In this document: positions 50,951-64,000 of the stretch, piece by piece
How positions within the stretch are numbered: the stretch's first letter is position 1
Layout: each line of letters begins with the position of its first letter
Origin: Rhynchobatus australiae
Taxonomy: Eukaryota
Length of the DNA stretch: 64,000 nt
Assembly (NCBI GenBank): GCA_034780895.1
Contig: JAUZTB010000017.1
Coordinates: 22,363,590-22,427,589, forward strand
Reading direction: 5' to 3'
Notes under the pieces: generated by a model
Told to the model about the DNA's origin: nothing
The model's database searches: none
The model's input: only the letters and a program-made list of their open reading frames with translations
Made by a program: the position numbers and the translations under genes

Positions 50951-53900
50951 TCAGCAACCACAACTATTTCCATTTATATGCCATCCTTAATGCAGCAGAG
51001 AACCCCAAGGTCTTAGCAAAAATTGAGTCATTAAAACTTGGGATGCTCAAGAGGCCAGAACCAGAGAAACACAGATTACTCAGAAGGTTATCGTCTGGAA
51101 GAGATGGGCAACCCATTGAGGGATATGAGCTGACAAGCTTAATATTGAGGATCAGCTTAACTGTGAACCAATGTATGTTAACAAGCATGGGTGTGATGAA
51201 TGAATGGGACTTTGATGACATAAGATATCGTTGTAGAATCTTGAAATGAAACCAAGTTTACAACAAGTAGAATAAGATAGGCCAGATTGGAATGCATTGG
51301 AGGCAAAGTGATTATGAGCAGATAATAGCTGCAAAATCCATCTCCGCAGCCCTCTTTTTTTTATGTTGTTGAGTCTGGATTGGTTACAATAAGGCATCCA
51401 AAGCATACCAGAACATTTTTGGCTGAGTGAAGTGCTCCCCTGCAGTAAAACACATATGTACCATCTCATCCACAGAAGAGTTAGCATCCACGGTATCCAT
51501 CTCTTCTGTCATCATAGTTGGCCATTCATACCTGGACTCCTACCTCATGCAGATCCAATCAAAGTCAATCTCTAATTTGCACATATTGTACCAATGTTTA
51601 GTCTGCTTGAAGTTTTTGCAGAAAGAGGTATAGGGGTAGGATTGAAGTCAAGGAAGTAGAGGGGTAAGTAGCATTAGTAATTAATGCATGCTTACACCAT
51701 CTGCAGCTTGTGTAGAATGGCAAATAAAATGTGAGAAGGATAATTATCACCTTATATTGATTGAGGCTCAATACAGATTTCAGTAGTAGTCACTATGATA
51801 ACTGCAGGCAGTCTGCAGTCACTCATCAGTTAGATGCTGCTGCCAACAATTGGATACCAGCTTTTACTGTAAATGAGTATTAGTGAATGCCATGCAATAC
51901 CTGAGAGTGACTTGGCTTTTGGTTGAGTATCTCGCAGCACGTGCAGGGGTATGAGAATGCAGTCTCAGAGGGTGAATGATGGTGAATGTTACTTTTAAGT
52001 CCTAATTGTTTGAAATTTTGTTGGTAGGTGTCTGATGAGGTGATAGTCTGACTGTAAGATATGAGGGTCACAGAGTCACAGAATAATACAACACGGAAAC
52101 AGGCCCTTCAGCCCAACTCATCCAAGCCGACCAAGATATCTATCTAAGCTAGTCCCATTTGCTCCCTTTTGACCCATATCCCTCCAAACCTTGGAGATAC
52201 AAGAGACTGCAGATGCTGGAATCCAGAGCAATGAACAATCACCCTGAAGGAACGGGACATCTGAAATAAAAACTGAAAATGTTTGAAACATTCAGCTGGT
52301 CCAGCAGTGTCCCCAGAGAGGTAGAGCTAATGTTTCCTCATCAGCAAATTCTATTCCTATTTTCCTTATGTTGGTTGATTTCAAGTTAGTGCGAATCTTT
52401 TTACACATTGCAAAGCTGAATACACTGCACATTATCTCTGCAATCAATATCCACCTCCAGTTGATGGAATGAAAGGAAAAAACTGCATTTATATAGCATT
52501 TTTTTTAAACATTTCTGCTCTGACAGCTGCAACGAGTTTGGATAGTGACAATTTAATTCCATTATCAAGAAGCAATTAGCCTACATTGGCAAACTTAGAA
52601 AGAACTAATTGCAGTTGATGTAGAAATTTGCAAGCATTATATTGATGAAGCTGGGTTTAACTTTCACATATTGTCATATAATCCCTTCTATGCTGCATTG
52701 AATCTAGAGAAATTAGACATTTACAATGTGCAGAAGTATACAATCTCGCAGTTCCCCATCTCCATAAACATTCATTAGTTTGAACATAAAAATTAATTAC
52801 AAAGCTTTATCTAATAATCAGATTAACTACTTATAGTGTGGCAGAGTGGAGCAAACTGTAAATAATATGGTGGGTCACTCTAGACCCAGACTCACCACCC
52901 ATGTTACCTGCATGCCTGCATTTACTTTATCTGGGAGTGAATGTGCAGGTGAGCTCACCATTACCCCCACCACCATAACCCATCTCCCAACCCTCACTAT
53001 TTCATGGGCACCAGCAATGCAGAGTAGGCTATGAGCAGTAAGCGGGCCTTGGGCATTGTATCCCAACACCACTTCTTGAATGCCCCAATTGACTTTCCTG
53101 AGAGAGATGTTTATAAAAATATTCAAAGAGATTTAAATAACTTTACGATTAAGTTTAACTTTATATTTTAATTTTCAAAATGATTTAATTAAAACCACAT
53201 TTAAAAACAATAAACAATTTAAAACATTATAATAAAATAATTTACCTTTTTTCACATGGTCAACAAACCCAATCAAATGAATTGAGGTCGTGTCTCATAT
53301 GCCAGCCCTCACTGGGGTAATGCTGATTGCCATATGCAAATACCATCTCTTCAGCAAGTCACTGCTCTGCCAATGGACTCGATTAGTTCAATAAAAGAGT
53401 GGGCATTCACATGCACCTGCATTTGATCTTCAGTGTGTTTCACAACTCCCGGCTATCAATCAGCAAGTTTCAGCAAAATGTGACTGTGTACCCATCAAGA
53501 AATTTGTAAATCTCTTCTGAGCATGTCCAATTTAATCAGGTGGGATTTGTAAATGAGCATTTTGCAATTATTTTAGACTACATGATGGCACCTCCTTGAC
53601 AGCTATTGACAAATACATTTAAGAGGAATCAAATTTAAATTATATCTCACCATTCTGAAAATGTTTAACTTTTAGCTACTGCCTGATGCTCAATTCACAT
53701 TATTTCATTAGTACTAATTTAGAACAAATAATAACTGCTTACATTTAAAGCAATTTCTATACATTTGCATGTTGTTGTTAGACATTAGTTAATAAGAACG
53801 AGAACGACTAGCTACTTATCATTATTAAACAGACTAATTTCTAGAAAATAACAGTAAAGGAATCATGCATTACCTAATCTACTGAGATAAACAATAAGAG

Positions 53901-54329
53901 TAGCTGTTCACTTGACACTTTAATTGCTACAATTAATATTCCAAAAATAGGAATGGATCTTTTCAAACCATTAGCCACACATGAAGAGTTTAAACAACTC
54001 TCACTGGGTTAACCAGACAGAACTACAGGAAGTTATAGTCGGATCTCAATTTAAAATGGATTAAATTGATCTATGTGAAAATCAATAATGCTCTATAATC
54101 TAATTTCCCCTTTGCTGGGATACGAACCTAATCCTTTGAAATTATGAGTACAGGAAAACCGCTTACTCATGAGAATATTGTAATGTTATTACTTGCTTTC
54201 TACCGAGTTATGACACTCCAATATCACTGCGGTACACAAAGGCAAAATTGAATAGTTTTAACACATTTTGAATTTTATGATTGTGCTACAGCTATTAACT
54301 GCCATCTTTCAAACAACCATCTAATACCA

Positions 54330-55020
54330 TGGACTCTTATTCAATTCCTTTATGTGGCAATGAGGTTAATATTGCAATCACTCTTCCTATAAATATATAT
54401 TCCTTCATTGCCTTTCATTCCTTCTTTGATTATCTTAAATTTGTGTCAGCTGTATTATTATTTTGTCAACTAATGGAAACAATTTATTATTTATTCACAC
54501 TTTAATAATCCTTTCCAGTTGCTCTCACAATTTTGTTGAAAATGGTTCAAGCTTCTTTATATGGCTATAACCCTTCATTCCTGATAACATCCCAGTGAAT
54601 TTATCCTGTACATTAACTTTATACACTTCCAAAAATGAAAAGCCCAAAATGACACACAATGCACAGACCGAAGCCTTGTACTAAATTTTCTTATATGTTC
54701 GATGTTATATCCTTTCATTTACATTCTTCTACTCTGGATAAAAAAAACAGGATTCTATACAACTTGCTAATTTTGCATGCATTGCTATCTTTAATGATAT
54801 GAGTCTCTGCACATCCGTTGCTCCACAACCTTTAACTCCTACANNNNNNNNNNNNNNNNNNNNNTGATCTTCCAAAGGGTACAACTTCAGTATTTTCCCC
54901 CACAGTGCACTGCATCTGTAATCTATTTGTCCTCCCTGCTAAGCCATTTATAGGCTCCTGCAGTCTTTCACAACTCTCATTACAATTTACCTTACTATCC
55001 ACAAATTTTAACATTCCCTC
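54330..55020 (-). mobile_element. CR1 LINE RT-3' fragment
   Basis: ORF 54832-55014(-) KFVDSKVNCNESCERLQEPINGL...QMQCTVG...EVVPFGR; continues toward a 3' end near 54330. Confidence 0.7.
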
Positions 55021-55049
55021 ATTTCCAATGTCCCAGATCAGCTATTTAA

Positions 55050-55740
55050 GAAGCAAATGGGATCTTTGATTTTATGCACAGAGGCATGGCATACCAAAGC
55101 ATGGAAGTTACACTAAACCTAAATAAATCACTGGTTGGGCCTCAGTTGGAGTTCTGTGTCCAGGCTGTCAATGTCTTGGAGAGGGTCTGGAAGAGATGTG
55201 CCAAAATTATACCAGAACTGAGGGGCTCCCATGATATAAAGAGACCAAAGAAGATTCAGGGGGTGGATTTAATTGAAGTATTCAAAATTATGAAGTGTTT
55301 TGATAGACTAAATAAGATGAAATTGTTTCCAAGGTTGGAAAGATTGATAACAAAATGACATAGTTTTAAGATAAGATATCTTTATTAGTCACATGTACAT
55401 CGAAACACACAGTGAAATGCATCTTTTGCTTAGAGTGTTCTGAGGACAGCCCACAAGTATCACCACGCTTCTGGCACCAACATAGCACGCCCACAACTTC
55501 CTAAGATGTACGACTTTGGAATGTGGGAGGAAACCCAAGCAGACACAGGGAGAACATACAAACGCCTTACAGGCAGTGGCCGGAATTGAACCCAGGTTGC
55601 TGGCGCTGTAATAGCGTTACACTAACTGTTACACTATTGTGCCTGCCATAATTTGCCAAAGAAGCAAAGGGAAGATAAGGATTGCTTTTATGCAGTAGTA
55701 CTAAACCCAAAATGCACATGAAAAGCTGGTGATAAACCTA
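55050..55740 (+). mobile_element. CR1 LINE 3' fragment, split by a SINE
   Basis: ORF 55074-55358 SLVGPQLEFCVQ...LERVWKR...DLIEVFKIMKCFDR...KLFP; resumes after 55648 ('ataatttgccaaagaagcaaaggg'). Confidence 0.85.
55368..55648 (-). mobile_element. Near full-length V-SINE inserted in CR1
   Basis: Head 'ggcaggcacaatagtgtaacagttagtgtaacgct...ctgggttcaattccggcc', V-domain, tail '...gtacatgtgactaataaagatatcttatctt'. Confidence 0.9.
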
Positions 55741-57929
55741 TTCCAAGTCGCTTATGCTGATATATCATGGGCAGCCAACTGTATCTTGCCCACATTATAC
55801 TAGCCATTTATCATTACGATTGAATTCAATTGCAAACATATTGGTAATGTTCAGACATGTCTGCCAGTTTTTAAATGGAAGCTCTACACCATTAATGATC
55901 TGTCCTGCACTGAATGTCCTTTTACATTGTACAATGGGATGCATATTCTTACACCTTGTCTATTGGGATATTACAAGCATTCTGTATTTACTGCTATGGT
56001 ATTACTGTTTAGAAGCAAAATACAATAAAGTTCAAAAGAGAAGAGTTCTTATAAAGTGAAAAGAAGAGCATTACTAATCTGGAGTTAAATTTCAGATACT
56101 GGTCAATTGCTAAGTTGTTTTGATACAGATTTTGCACTGAATTGCTAAGCACAATGTCCTGAAGTTTTTATTCTGATGCATTCTCTCACAATATACATCA
56201 TCCTATAAGTGGGAAAAATGCATGAATGTGCCATTAGAATACTGTTCAGGAAAAGTTATTGCTGGACTTGGAGGGGATAGTCCTGGAATGTGGTACTAAT
56301 TGGACAGTTCATTCAAAGAACAAAGACTGAGCAAAATCTTTCTGACCTCTGAAAATCCATTAGTCTTAATTAGTATTGCCAAAGAGCAGCCCCAAGATGG
56401 ATTCTAATTGAGCACCACTCCCTAAAACATACCAGTCTGAAAATTTCCTTTTAATATTGCCTTTTCTTTTCTGTCTCCCATCAATCTATCTCATGGCTTA
56501 CCCTTAATTGCTTCCACATTAAATTAGGTTTGCACCATTTTATCAAAAACTATTTGTGAAAATTCCTTTCAATCTTTCCTTCTTCTTCATTATTTTTGCA
56601 ATGTACTCGAAAAAGATGATCAAACCCAAATTAATTTTAATAACTTATGCTCAATGGCATTGATTTGCCTGTGCTTCTTCAAGCACTTAGTGCCTCCACT
56701 CGATATATGAACTTTGATTATTAATCAACTAGTCCATTGTTACAAACCTGCCTAGAGTTTCATGGTTTATTTAAGATAGGTGTCCTATTTGCTACCATCT
56801 AATGCAACAGTGGTATATAATTTTGGAAAATTGCTAGAAATACATTATTTCAACTTTACTTTCTTCATGATCTTTCATTCAAATTATGTTCAAACTATGT
56901 GCCTACCTAAAGTATGAGTAATGTCAATGAGAGCTTGTCATCAACGTGATTAGAAATTAACTCATTACTCTTAGTATTATTCAAAAGCATGGTGCAAACC
57001 TTTCAAAATCTAGATAATGCCAATCTACATTTTAGAGAAAGCATACCTTTTTTGAGTATAAAGGATATTGATTTTAACAAAACCCAACTTTGCAGTGACA
57101 GGCTTGTTATATTTCAGAGCATTATCGCCATCCAATTTCTGACAAATTCAAGTATTTCTAACTTCAAACTACTTTCTAGTGTAACCATTTTGATTTTCTT
57201 CCAACCTCAGAATTTATCAAAGGACATATTCCTTATTAGTGTTATTTCTCAACCTTTTATTGTCACACTGCTTTTGTGGATTAAATTTTCTGGCCAAAGT
57301 CAAAATAAAAGCCTAAAAATTCAATTGCAGAGTGTCTATTTCTTAGTTGCTAACCAGGTAAAATCTATTTTACCCAAGATAAATAACACTAACAGTCATT
57401 TCCAGATGAAAGCAAGCCACCACAAAATAGGATCAGGCACTTCCTACACCATGGCAGTGCACCTGGCATTTTATGAATGTCNNNNNNNNNNNNNNNNNNN
57501 NNNNNNNNNNNNNNNNNNNNNNNNNNNNNNNNNNNNNNNNNNNNNNNNNNNNNNNNNNNNNNNNNNNNNNNNNNNNNNNNNCCTGGCATTTTATGAATGT
57601 CAAGCAGGTACCTAATGAATTCACTGGTCACACACTGCACATTTCTGGCCATGTCAACTAAAATCTTCAATATGCTCCACACTAAAAACATCCTGGAACA
57701 GTCTCAGTAACGCTATGTGCACATTGCACTAGAATGTTGCTTTTTTCACTATTTAAAGGGGTACATTGCTTACATAGAGAAACCAGACTGACTGCAGACT
57801 GCTCAGGCACCTTGAGTCCATAGAATGTGCTTAAACTAAAAGAGGATGTTTACTCCAGCACGTCAACATGTTTATTCCATGGTGCCTTGGAGCTATGCTG
57901 CTGGTAGAACTCCATTCCTGAATGCACCA

Positions 57930-58990
57930 TTACAGTCATACAGCACAGAAACAGCCCTTTGGGCCACTATATCCTTGCTGACCAGGAAATATACATCTAT
58001 ATTAATCCTATTTTCCAGGACATGTCTTGGTAATTCCAGTGCTCATCTAGATACTTCTTAAATGTTGTGGAAGTCTCTAACTCTAACACAACCTTCTGGC
58101 AGTCATCTAGATTCCAACCACTCTCTGGGTGAAAATACTTCCTCAAATCCTATCTAAACCTCCTATCTGTTACCTTAAAACCTCTGGTTTTAGATACTCT
58201 GGAATGATTTCTTACCATCTGTCCTGTCTATGACCTCATAACTTTGTATACCTCAGTCAGATCCCCCTTCAGCGTACTCTGCTCAAGGAAAACAAATCCG
58301 GTGTATCCAATCTTTCCTCATAACAGAAAAACTTGGTCCTTGGCAACATCCAGATGAATTGCCTCTGCATCTTCTCCTGTCAATCACATCCTATCGTGTG
58401 ACAACTAGAACTCCAGCTGTGGCATAACCAATGACTTACATAGTTGTACTAGAATCTCCCTGCTCTTTTATGCTATGCCACAGCTAAGTATCCCACATGC
58501 CTTCTTAACTACCTTCAGGGATCTTTGACACGAACACCAGTGCCTCTATTTTCCTCAATACTCCCTAGGCTCCTTCCATTCACTGTGTAGGTCCCAGCCT
58601 TATCAGTCCTCCCAACATGCACACTTCACACTTATCAGAATTAAATTCCATGTGCCATTGTTCTGCCCATCTTACCAACTCATCAGTATCATACAGCTGT
58701 GTAAGACTGTTATCCTCACCATCAACAACACCACCATTTTTTGTTTCATCTGCCAACTTATTAATCATACATTTTACATTTGCATCCAGATTGTTAATAT
58801 CTATAACAAACATTAAGGGTCCCAACAATGACACCACAAATCACAGGCTTCCAATTACAAAAACAATCCTCCACCATGCTTTGCCTCCTGTTGCCAAGCC
58901 AATTTTGGATACAATTTGATAACTTGCCTTTAATCCCATGGTCACTAACCTTTTGGACCAGTCTCCCTTGTGAAGTCTTGTCAAAGTTGG
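57930..58990 (-). mobile_element. CR1 LINE RT to 3' end
   Basis: ORFs give FDKTSQGRLVQKVSDHGIKG...WLGNRRQ and LLGPLMFVIDINNLD...KLADETK...WAEQWHMEFNSDKCEV. Confidence 0.92.
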
Positions 58991-59019
58991 GCATTCAGGG
59001 TAAATTAGGAACCTCAGGG

Positions 59020-60060
59020 TAGAAGGCAAAAACAAGCACCTGAGAAATGAGCCAATTCCCAAAGTCTTCAGAGACACTCCATCCTACCCAGATTTCACTG
59101 ATGAAAAATGCATTTACAAGTTTAGGTTTTCCAAGAGTGTCATTACTGAGATATGTGACATTTTGTTGGAAGACCTTCAGTCACATTCTCGTGCCTGGTC
59201 TGCTCTCTTTGTGGCAGTCCATGTCATGAGTACTCTGAACTTCCTCACCATTGGATCTTTCCAACTGGTCACAGCAGATCTCTCCTTTATCTCCCAACTG
59301 GCTGCCCTCTCAGCACCTAAGCACTGCACTCACAAAGAAATGATTTCATTTACTTTCAGGAACAGTTACCTTATTGGTTCTTGAGATTCGCTACGATTGC
59401 TAGCTTACCAAGATAGCAGGCAGCCGTTGACTGCATTCATTTACTCATAAGGGCTTCCTTTAAGAACCCAGAGCTTTTCATCAACAGGAAAGGTTTCCAT
59501 TTCTTCAATATGTTGCTTGTTGTGGATTATGATAATTAATTCCTCATGGTGAATGCTATGTTTCTGGGAACCACACATGGTTCCATCATCCTAAGAGAGT
59601 TCAGACTGCCAGACATTTTTAGATTTAGCAGCCAGCACTGCCTGGAGCGAAGGATCCTGGGGGACAGGAGCTACTCTCGACTTCCATGGCTGCTAACACC
59701 AGTGCCTTCTCCAATCACTGTTGCCATGGAAGTACCATGGGAACAGTGGAAACTGCCATTGGTCTCTTCAAGATGAGATTTAGTTGCCGGCATCTGTCTG
59801 GGGGCACATTGCAGAACTTGCTGAGCAGATGTAGGGAACTAATCATTGCATATTACATGCTGCACAATCCTGCAAACCTAAAACAGCTGCCAGTGTCAAA
59901 GAGAGAGCAACAAGGAGACCTAGAGCCTGAGGGCCATGTAGCAAAGCCTGAAGAGCAGCAGAAACAAGAGGACCAGGAGGAGGAATGTAGCTACTGGGCG
60001 ATATCCCTGATCAGCAGCTGGAGCCTTATCTCCCAGCTAAGAACAGGAGGCAAGCACTGT
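59020..60060 (+). pseudogene. Degenerate PIF/Harbinger (HARBI1-like) DDE transposase
   Basis: Across frameshifts: DEKCIYKFRFSKSVITEICDIL; RAWSALFVAVHVMSTLNFLTIGSFQ..ADLSFISQ; VDCIHL; FINRKGFH; FLGTTHGSIILR; ILGDRSY..LPWLLTP; HGSTMGTVETAIGLFKMRFSC..SGGTLQ...IIAYYMLHN. These match HARBI1/PIF motifs in order. Confidence 0.88.
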
Positions 60061-60794
60061 TAGCATGGCTTTAAGGGTCTTCCTGACAAAAGTAATTCCT
60101 TCTAAGCAGCCTAAAAAATCATGGTCTATGAACCAAATGACCCTCTCCACACGCCAATCATGACCTCAGCCAGTATACCAAGAATCCAACCCTGTTTTTC
60201 TCTCCACATAAGCCACCTGATGTACTGAGTATTTCCAACATTTGATTTTTTTTTGCGATAAAGAAATAATCAGAAGAAGGGGCTCAGATGATGCATAAAA
60301 GTCCTTCACATCCTGCTTTGCAGGTCCACCTGCATCGATTACAACAAATGAGTGAGTTAATCCCTGCTCCAATGACTTAAATGGCTTGCTATAACATCTC
60401 TATATTCCAGAGTGGTACCTTGCTTCTGGATAAAGTACATATTCCTCTGAGGATCTCATCTGTAAGTGTGAACAGTGGTGTACAATCACCCCAATGCATC
60501 TTGTGAGGACATGAAATATCTTTCTGCATTGCACCTTAGTGTGGGGATTCTCACAATGTGAGTGAGGTCCCATCAGTTTATGGGCTTTATCACACTGGAT
60601 AAATGTGTGGCCAATTTTGAGACTTTTTGCAGAGGAACCCAGCTATAGTTTTAGTACAACAGAAATAAATCTATCCATTTTCTGAGCAAGAATCCATTCA
60701 CCGGTGACAATAATTCCTGTCCATTTTGTCTGGTTTACAGACTTTAGAACAGAATTGCTTGATGTAAACACCATTCCCAAGGCTCATTTTTAGA

Positions 60795-61535
60795 TAATCA
60801 TTCTTCTTCTCAGGCAATCCCTCAAGATTAAGGATGACTTCTTTCCTCTCCAGTTTTGTGGGTTCAGAGAAAGCTGAAGAGGCCAATGTGGGAACTGAAG
60901 ACTTTCCCATGAATGAAGCAAGAGATGCCAGATAGGATAGGTAAATTGGTAGTCTGTGATGTGGTACACCCCTTCTACTGCTTCTGTGTGCTGCTGATGC
61001 ATGGCCTTGAGATTCACAACACAATCACAAATGCTCCTTCTCCACTTTGAGCAATTCCTTGAATCTTTTCCTCTGTCCATCTGATAATCACTTCCCACTA
61101 CAGAGCATAGAACAGTGTATCTGTTTTGGGAGTCTGTTGTCAGGCACTGAACAATGTGACCTGACCAATATAGTTGAGTATACATAGGGATGTTGGCCTG
61201 GGTGAAGACACTTATATTTGTTCACTTATGTTTGCACGTCACTATACTAACCAACCAATCTACAACAGAGCCAGTTGCAGTAAAGACCGGCATGAAATGA
61301 ATCTGAGTCATTGCCCCAACGTTTTCTCAATCTTTCTCAACACAAAGTTGCATCCCACTTCCAACAAGCTTCCCGTGGGAGTGGAGTTAATCATCAGAAC
61401 TAATGGGAAATTGTTCAACCTATGGTCACTACACTTCAGAATCAAGGTCACTCAAACCTCCACTGTTAAGCTGCAATATGCAGATGATGCTCGCTTTCGC
61501 CAAGCTCCAAGTCTTTCTCAATTCATTCAAGAGAA
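60795..61535. mobile_element. RTE-clade LINE with oppositely oriented 3' and RT segments
   Basis: Minus 60795-61235: TNISVFTQANIP..QLYWSGHIV through the 3' end. Plus 61238-61535: ILTNQSTTEPVAVKTG...FSIFL...RTNGKLFNL...LQYADD. Confidence 0.8.
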
Positions 61536-63389
61536 GACAACCATTAGCCAGCAGTTTAACCCATTAAACAGGCTTTGAAATTCTTCTGAGAGGAGAAAGG
61601 GGCAATAAATTATGTTGCAGAAACAGCTGAGGAAAATAGGTAGGTCACAAGACATGGAGGAAAATATCACAATGGAAAGAGGCTTCAGTGGGAGTAGGAA
61701 AAGAAAATGGGAGACAGAGTTGGTTCAGTATCAAGTGTGGAGACTTCAAGGTGTGAACTTCATAGTAGATGTAACAAGTACCCAATCACGTTCAGCAAAC
61801 ATTAAAATTCCATCATGTAATGCACTTAAATGTTGTGCTGTGTGACAGAATTTCTCCATCATAATGTGAATGGCATATGCCATATAAAAGTTTACAGCAC
61901 AAAAAAATTCTAAAATTAATCCTAATACTATAATCTTTGCACATAAACAAATAACCATGATAAGGATAGCTCTTTAGTGAGACCTCACAAATTTCATCAG
62001 ATCTCTAAACTTATTTTTATTTAAAAAAAGATCAAAATTTGTACAGGAGCAAATTAGTTAAGTGAGACACAGCTGTGCTGGAAATAAAAATATTCTTTTT
62101 AACGTGGAAAAAGTACCAATTCAAATGTATTTCAATAAATTATCGCAAAGAATCATTAAAATTAATTGTATCTAAAATCCAATAGCCTGTACTTGAGAGA
62201 CTTTTATCCAACATTTACCAGGTGTTTGTTAGATAAAATATTTCTTGACCAAGTTGATGATTCTACCTTCAACATATTAGCTTTTATACCACTTCATTAA
62301 TTATGTATTCAGTTGTGATACAAAGCAAATTAAGAGTTGCCCTGTGTGTAATGTTTTGTCCTCTTTCAAAATCACTGCCCTTATACCTTATTAAAATCTC
62401 ATCTATACAAGAACAGTCTTTGGTGCATAATGCCAGAAGATAATAGATCAATGACATTTGACTTATTATGTTGTACATGCAGCTGTGCAGGAATACCCAG
62501 ACCACAAGTTTCTACTCCTATGTAAAGTAGCTCAAGGGTATTATATAAAATGTTGTATCTCTTTCACTGGAAAAGTACTGGATGTTTTTAAATTGTTTTT
62601 TTTAAAACAAAGACAACTCTTGCATTTTGGCAAGTCTTGTGGCAAAGTCTGATTGTATTTCCATTAACATTAATCATTTTCTTAAAAAGTTCCAAAAGGC
62701 TTAAGACACACTTGCAACCCTTTATGTATCTAAACAAACATCACATCTGCAGAACAAACAGAAATGTAGTTTTTTCCAACATATTAATTGCAAAGGGATC
62801 AAACCAATAGTAACACAAAACAGTTGGAGATCCTTCACAATCTGATAAATGAAAATCAAAATTGGCAGCATAATCCTATCACAAAACAAAGAACTGATGT
62901 TTTGTTTTAGAAACCGAAACAACTTTTTGCAAGTGTTATTAACAAAGCAACAGTGCAGCCACTTATGCTTAAGTGTCAAGTGCTTTGTTTCTGAAAACAG
63001 TGTGGTTAAATTAAAATGGCTGAGCTTAAACTATAGTAATCCACAACAGTCAGGAAACTATTTCTGTTGATATTCTGATATGCACAAAGGAACCTTTCAA
63101 ATTGAAGACAGCCATTCTAGACCCACTCTAAGAATGAAAGGAACACAAGGTTTGTGTTCCAGTGGCAGTGCCACTGAACTCTTCCCCAGGGACCTGAATT
63201 CACCGTTGTAAGGAATGAAGAAACGGAAAGCAGAGGTCAGTTTGCTGAAGTGCAATGCAATTCCACAAACCATCAGCATAACAAGAGATGAGTTTCAAAG
63301 TCTTTGTTTTTGCCTAACCTTAAAAGTTTAAACAAAATCTTGCAACCATAGTTTTAAATCTGAAAGGATATAATATTCTTCATCACGTT

Positions 63390-63950
63390 ATAGAGTTGTA
63401 CAGGACAGAAAATGGCAGTTTGACCCATCAGGTCCATACACTATACAAAGGGAAACTGGTCCATTGTCCCACCTACACTAATCCCATTTGCCTGCATACG
63501 CTCTGTATCCTTCTATGCCTTGCCTATTTAGGTGCCTATCTAAATATCTCTTAAACATAGCGATTGCATCTGACTTCACCACCTCCTCTGGCAGCAAGTT
63601 CCAACCACTCAATGTGTAAAAAACACCTTCCCCTCAAATTCTCTTTAAAGCTCCTTCCTCTCATCTTAAACCTATGCCCTCTTGTTTCTGAGTCCCCCAC
63701 CATGGGAAGATTTTGACTGTCTATCCTATCAATGCCTTTTATGATTTTATATGCATCTATTAGGTCAGCCCTCAGCCTCCTCTACTCCAGGGAAAACAAA
63801 CCCAGCCCATCCAATCTCTCCCCATAACTAAAGTCCTCCAATCCAGGCAATATCCCAGTGAATTTTCTCTACACTCTCTCCAGCACAACCACATCCTTCC
63901 TATAGTGTAGTGACAAGAACTGCACACAGGTTCATTCTAACCAATGGTTT
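63390..63950 (-). mobile_element. CR1 LINE 3' end
   Basis: Same 3' UTR and C-terminal pattern as 12605-13100 and 57930-58430. Confidence 0.85.
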
Positions 63951-64000
63951 GTAAACATTGAAGATAGAATATAGAACAATACAGGAATAGGCCCTTCGGC

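Noticed and set aside
55560-55648. tRNA-like A/B boxes
   Set aside because: Head of a SINE, not a tRNA gene; no cloverleaf
54330-55740. Head-to-head CR1 fragments as a possible twin-priming inversion
   Set aside because: Each fragment runs to its own 3' region and they overlap in element coordinates, so they are two independent insertions
57462-57601. 20-bp direct repeat 'cctggcattttatgaatgtc' either side of a gap; long ORF 56989-57615
   Set aside because: Gap-edge overlap; the ORF is AT-rich, runs through Ns and has no recognisable domain
1-64000. CRISPR arrays, rRNA, prokaryotic operons, ADAM exon 1 or exon 4
   Set aside because: No regularly spaced repeat-spacer array or rRNA motif; the sequence is vertebrate intron; no signal-peptide exon or FTETHY-type exon was found by eye

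Overview
Eukaryotic, AT-rich, gapped draft sequence (many N runs). The repeat content (V-SINE/HE1-type SINEs, Deu-domain SINEs, CR1, L2, Rex1/Babar, RTE, Penelope-like remnants) points to a cartilaginous fish, probably a ray or skate; this is inference. The only protein-coding signal I can support is two minus-strand internal exons (47077-47210 and 38346-38419). They have canonical splice sites and compatible phases and encode the N-terminal prodomain of an ADAM metalloprotease, best matching ADAM12 exons 2 and 3. The window is therefore mostly intron 1, intron 2 and part of intron 3; exon 1 and exon 4 were not found. Almost all listed ORFs are transposon debris or chance. Most noteworthy: (1) a 594-bp tandem unit carrying degenerate (TTAGGG/TTTTAGGG)n arrays inside the intron; (2) many Penelope-derived terminal repeats with minimal hammerhead-ribozyme motifs, including short self-complementary fold-back elements; (3) a nearly full-length decayed PIF/Harbinger transposase; (4) 5'-inverted Penelope and RTE insertions; (5) a speculative phase-compatible alternative or poison exon. 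Repeat boundaries are approximate and family calls come from recalled motifs, not database searches.
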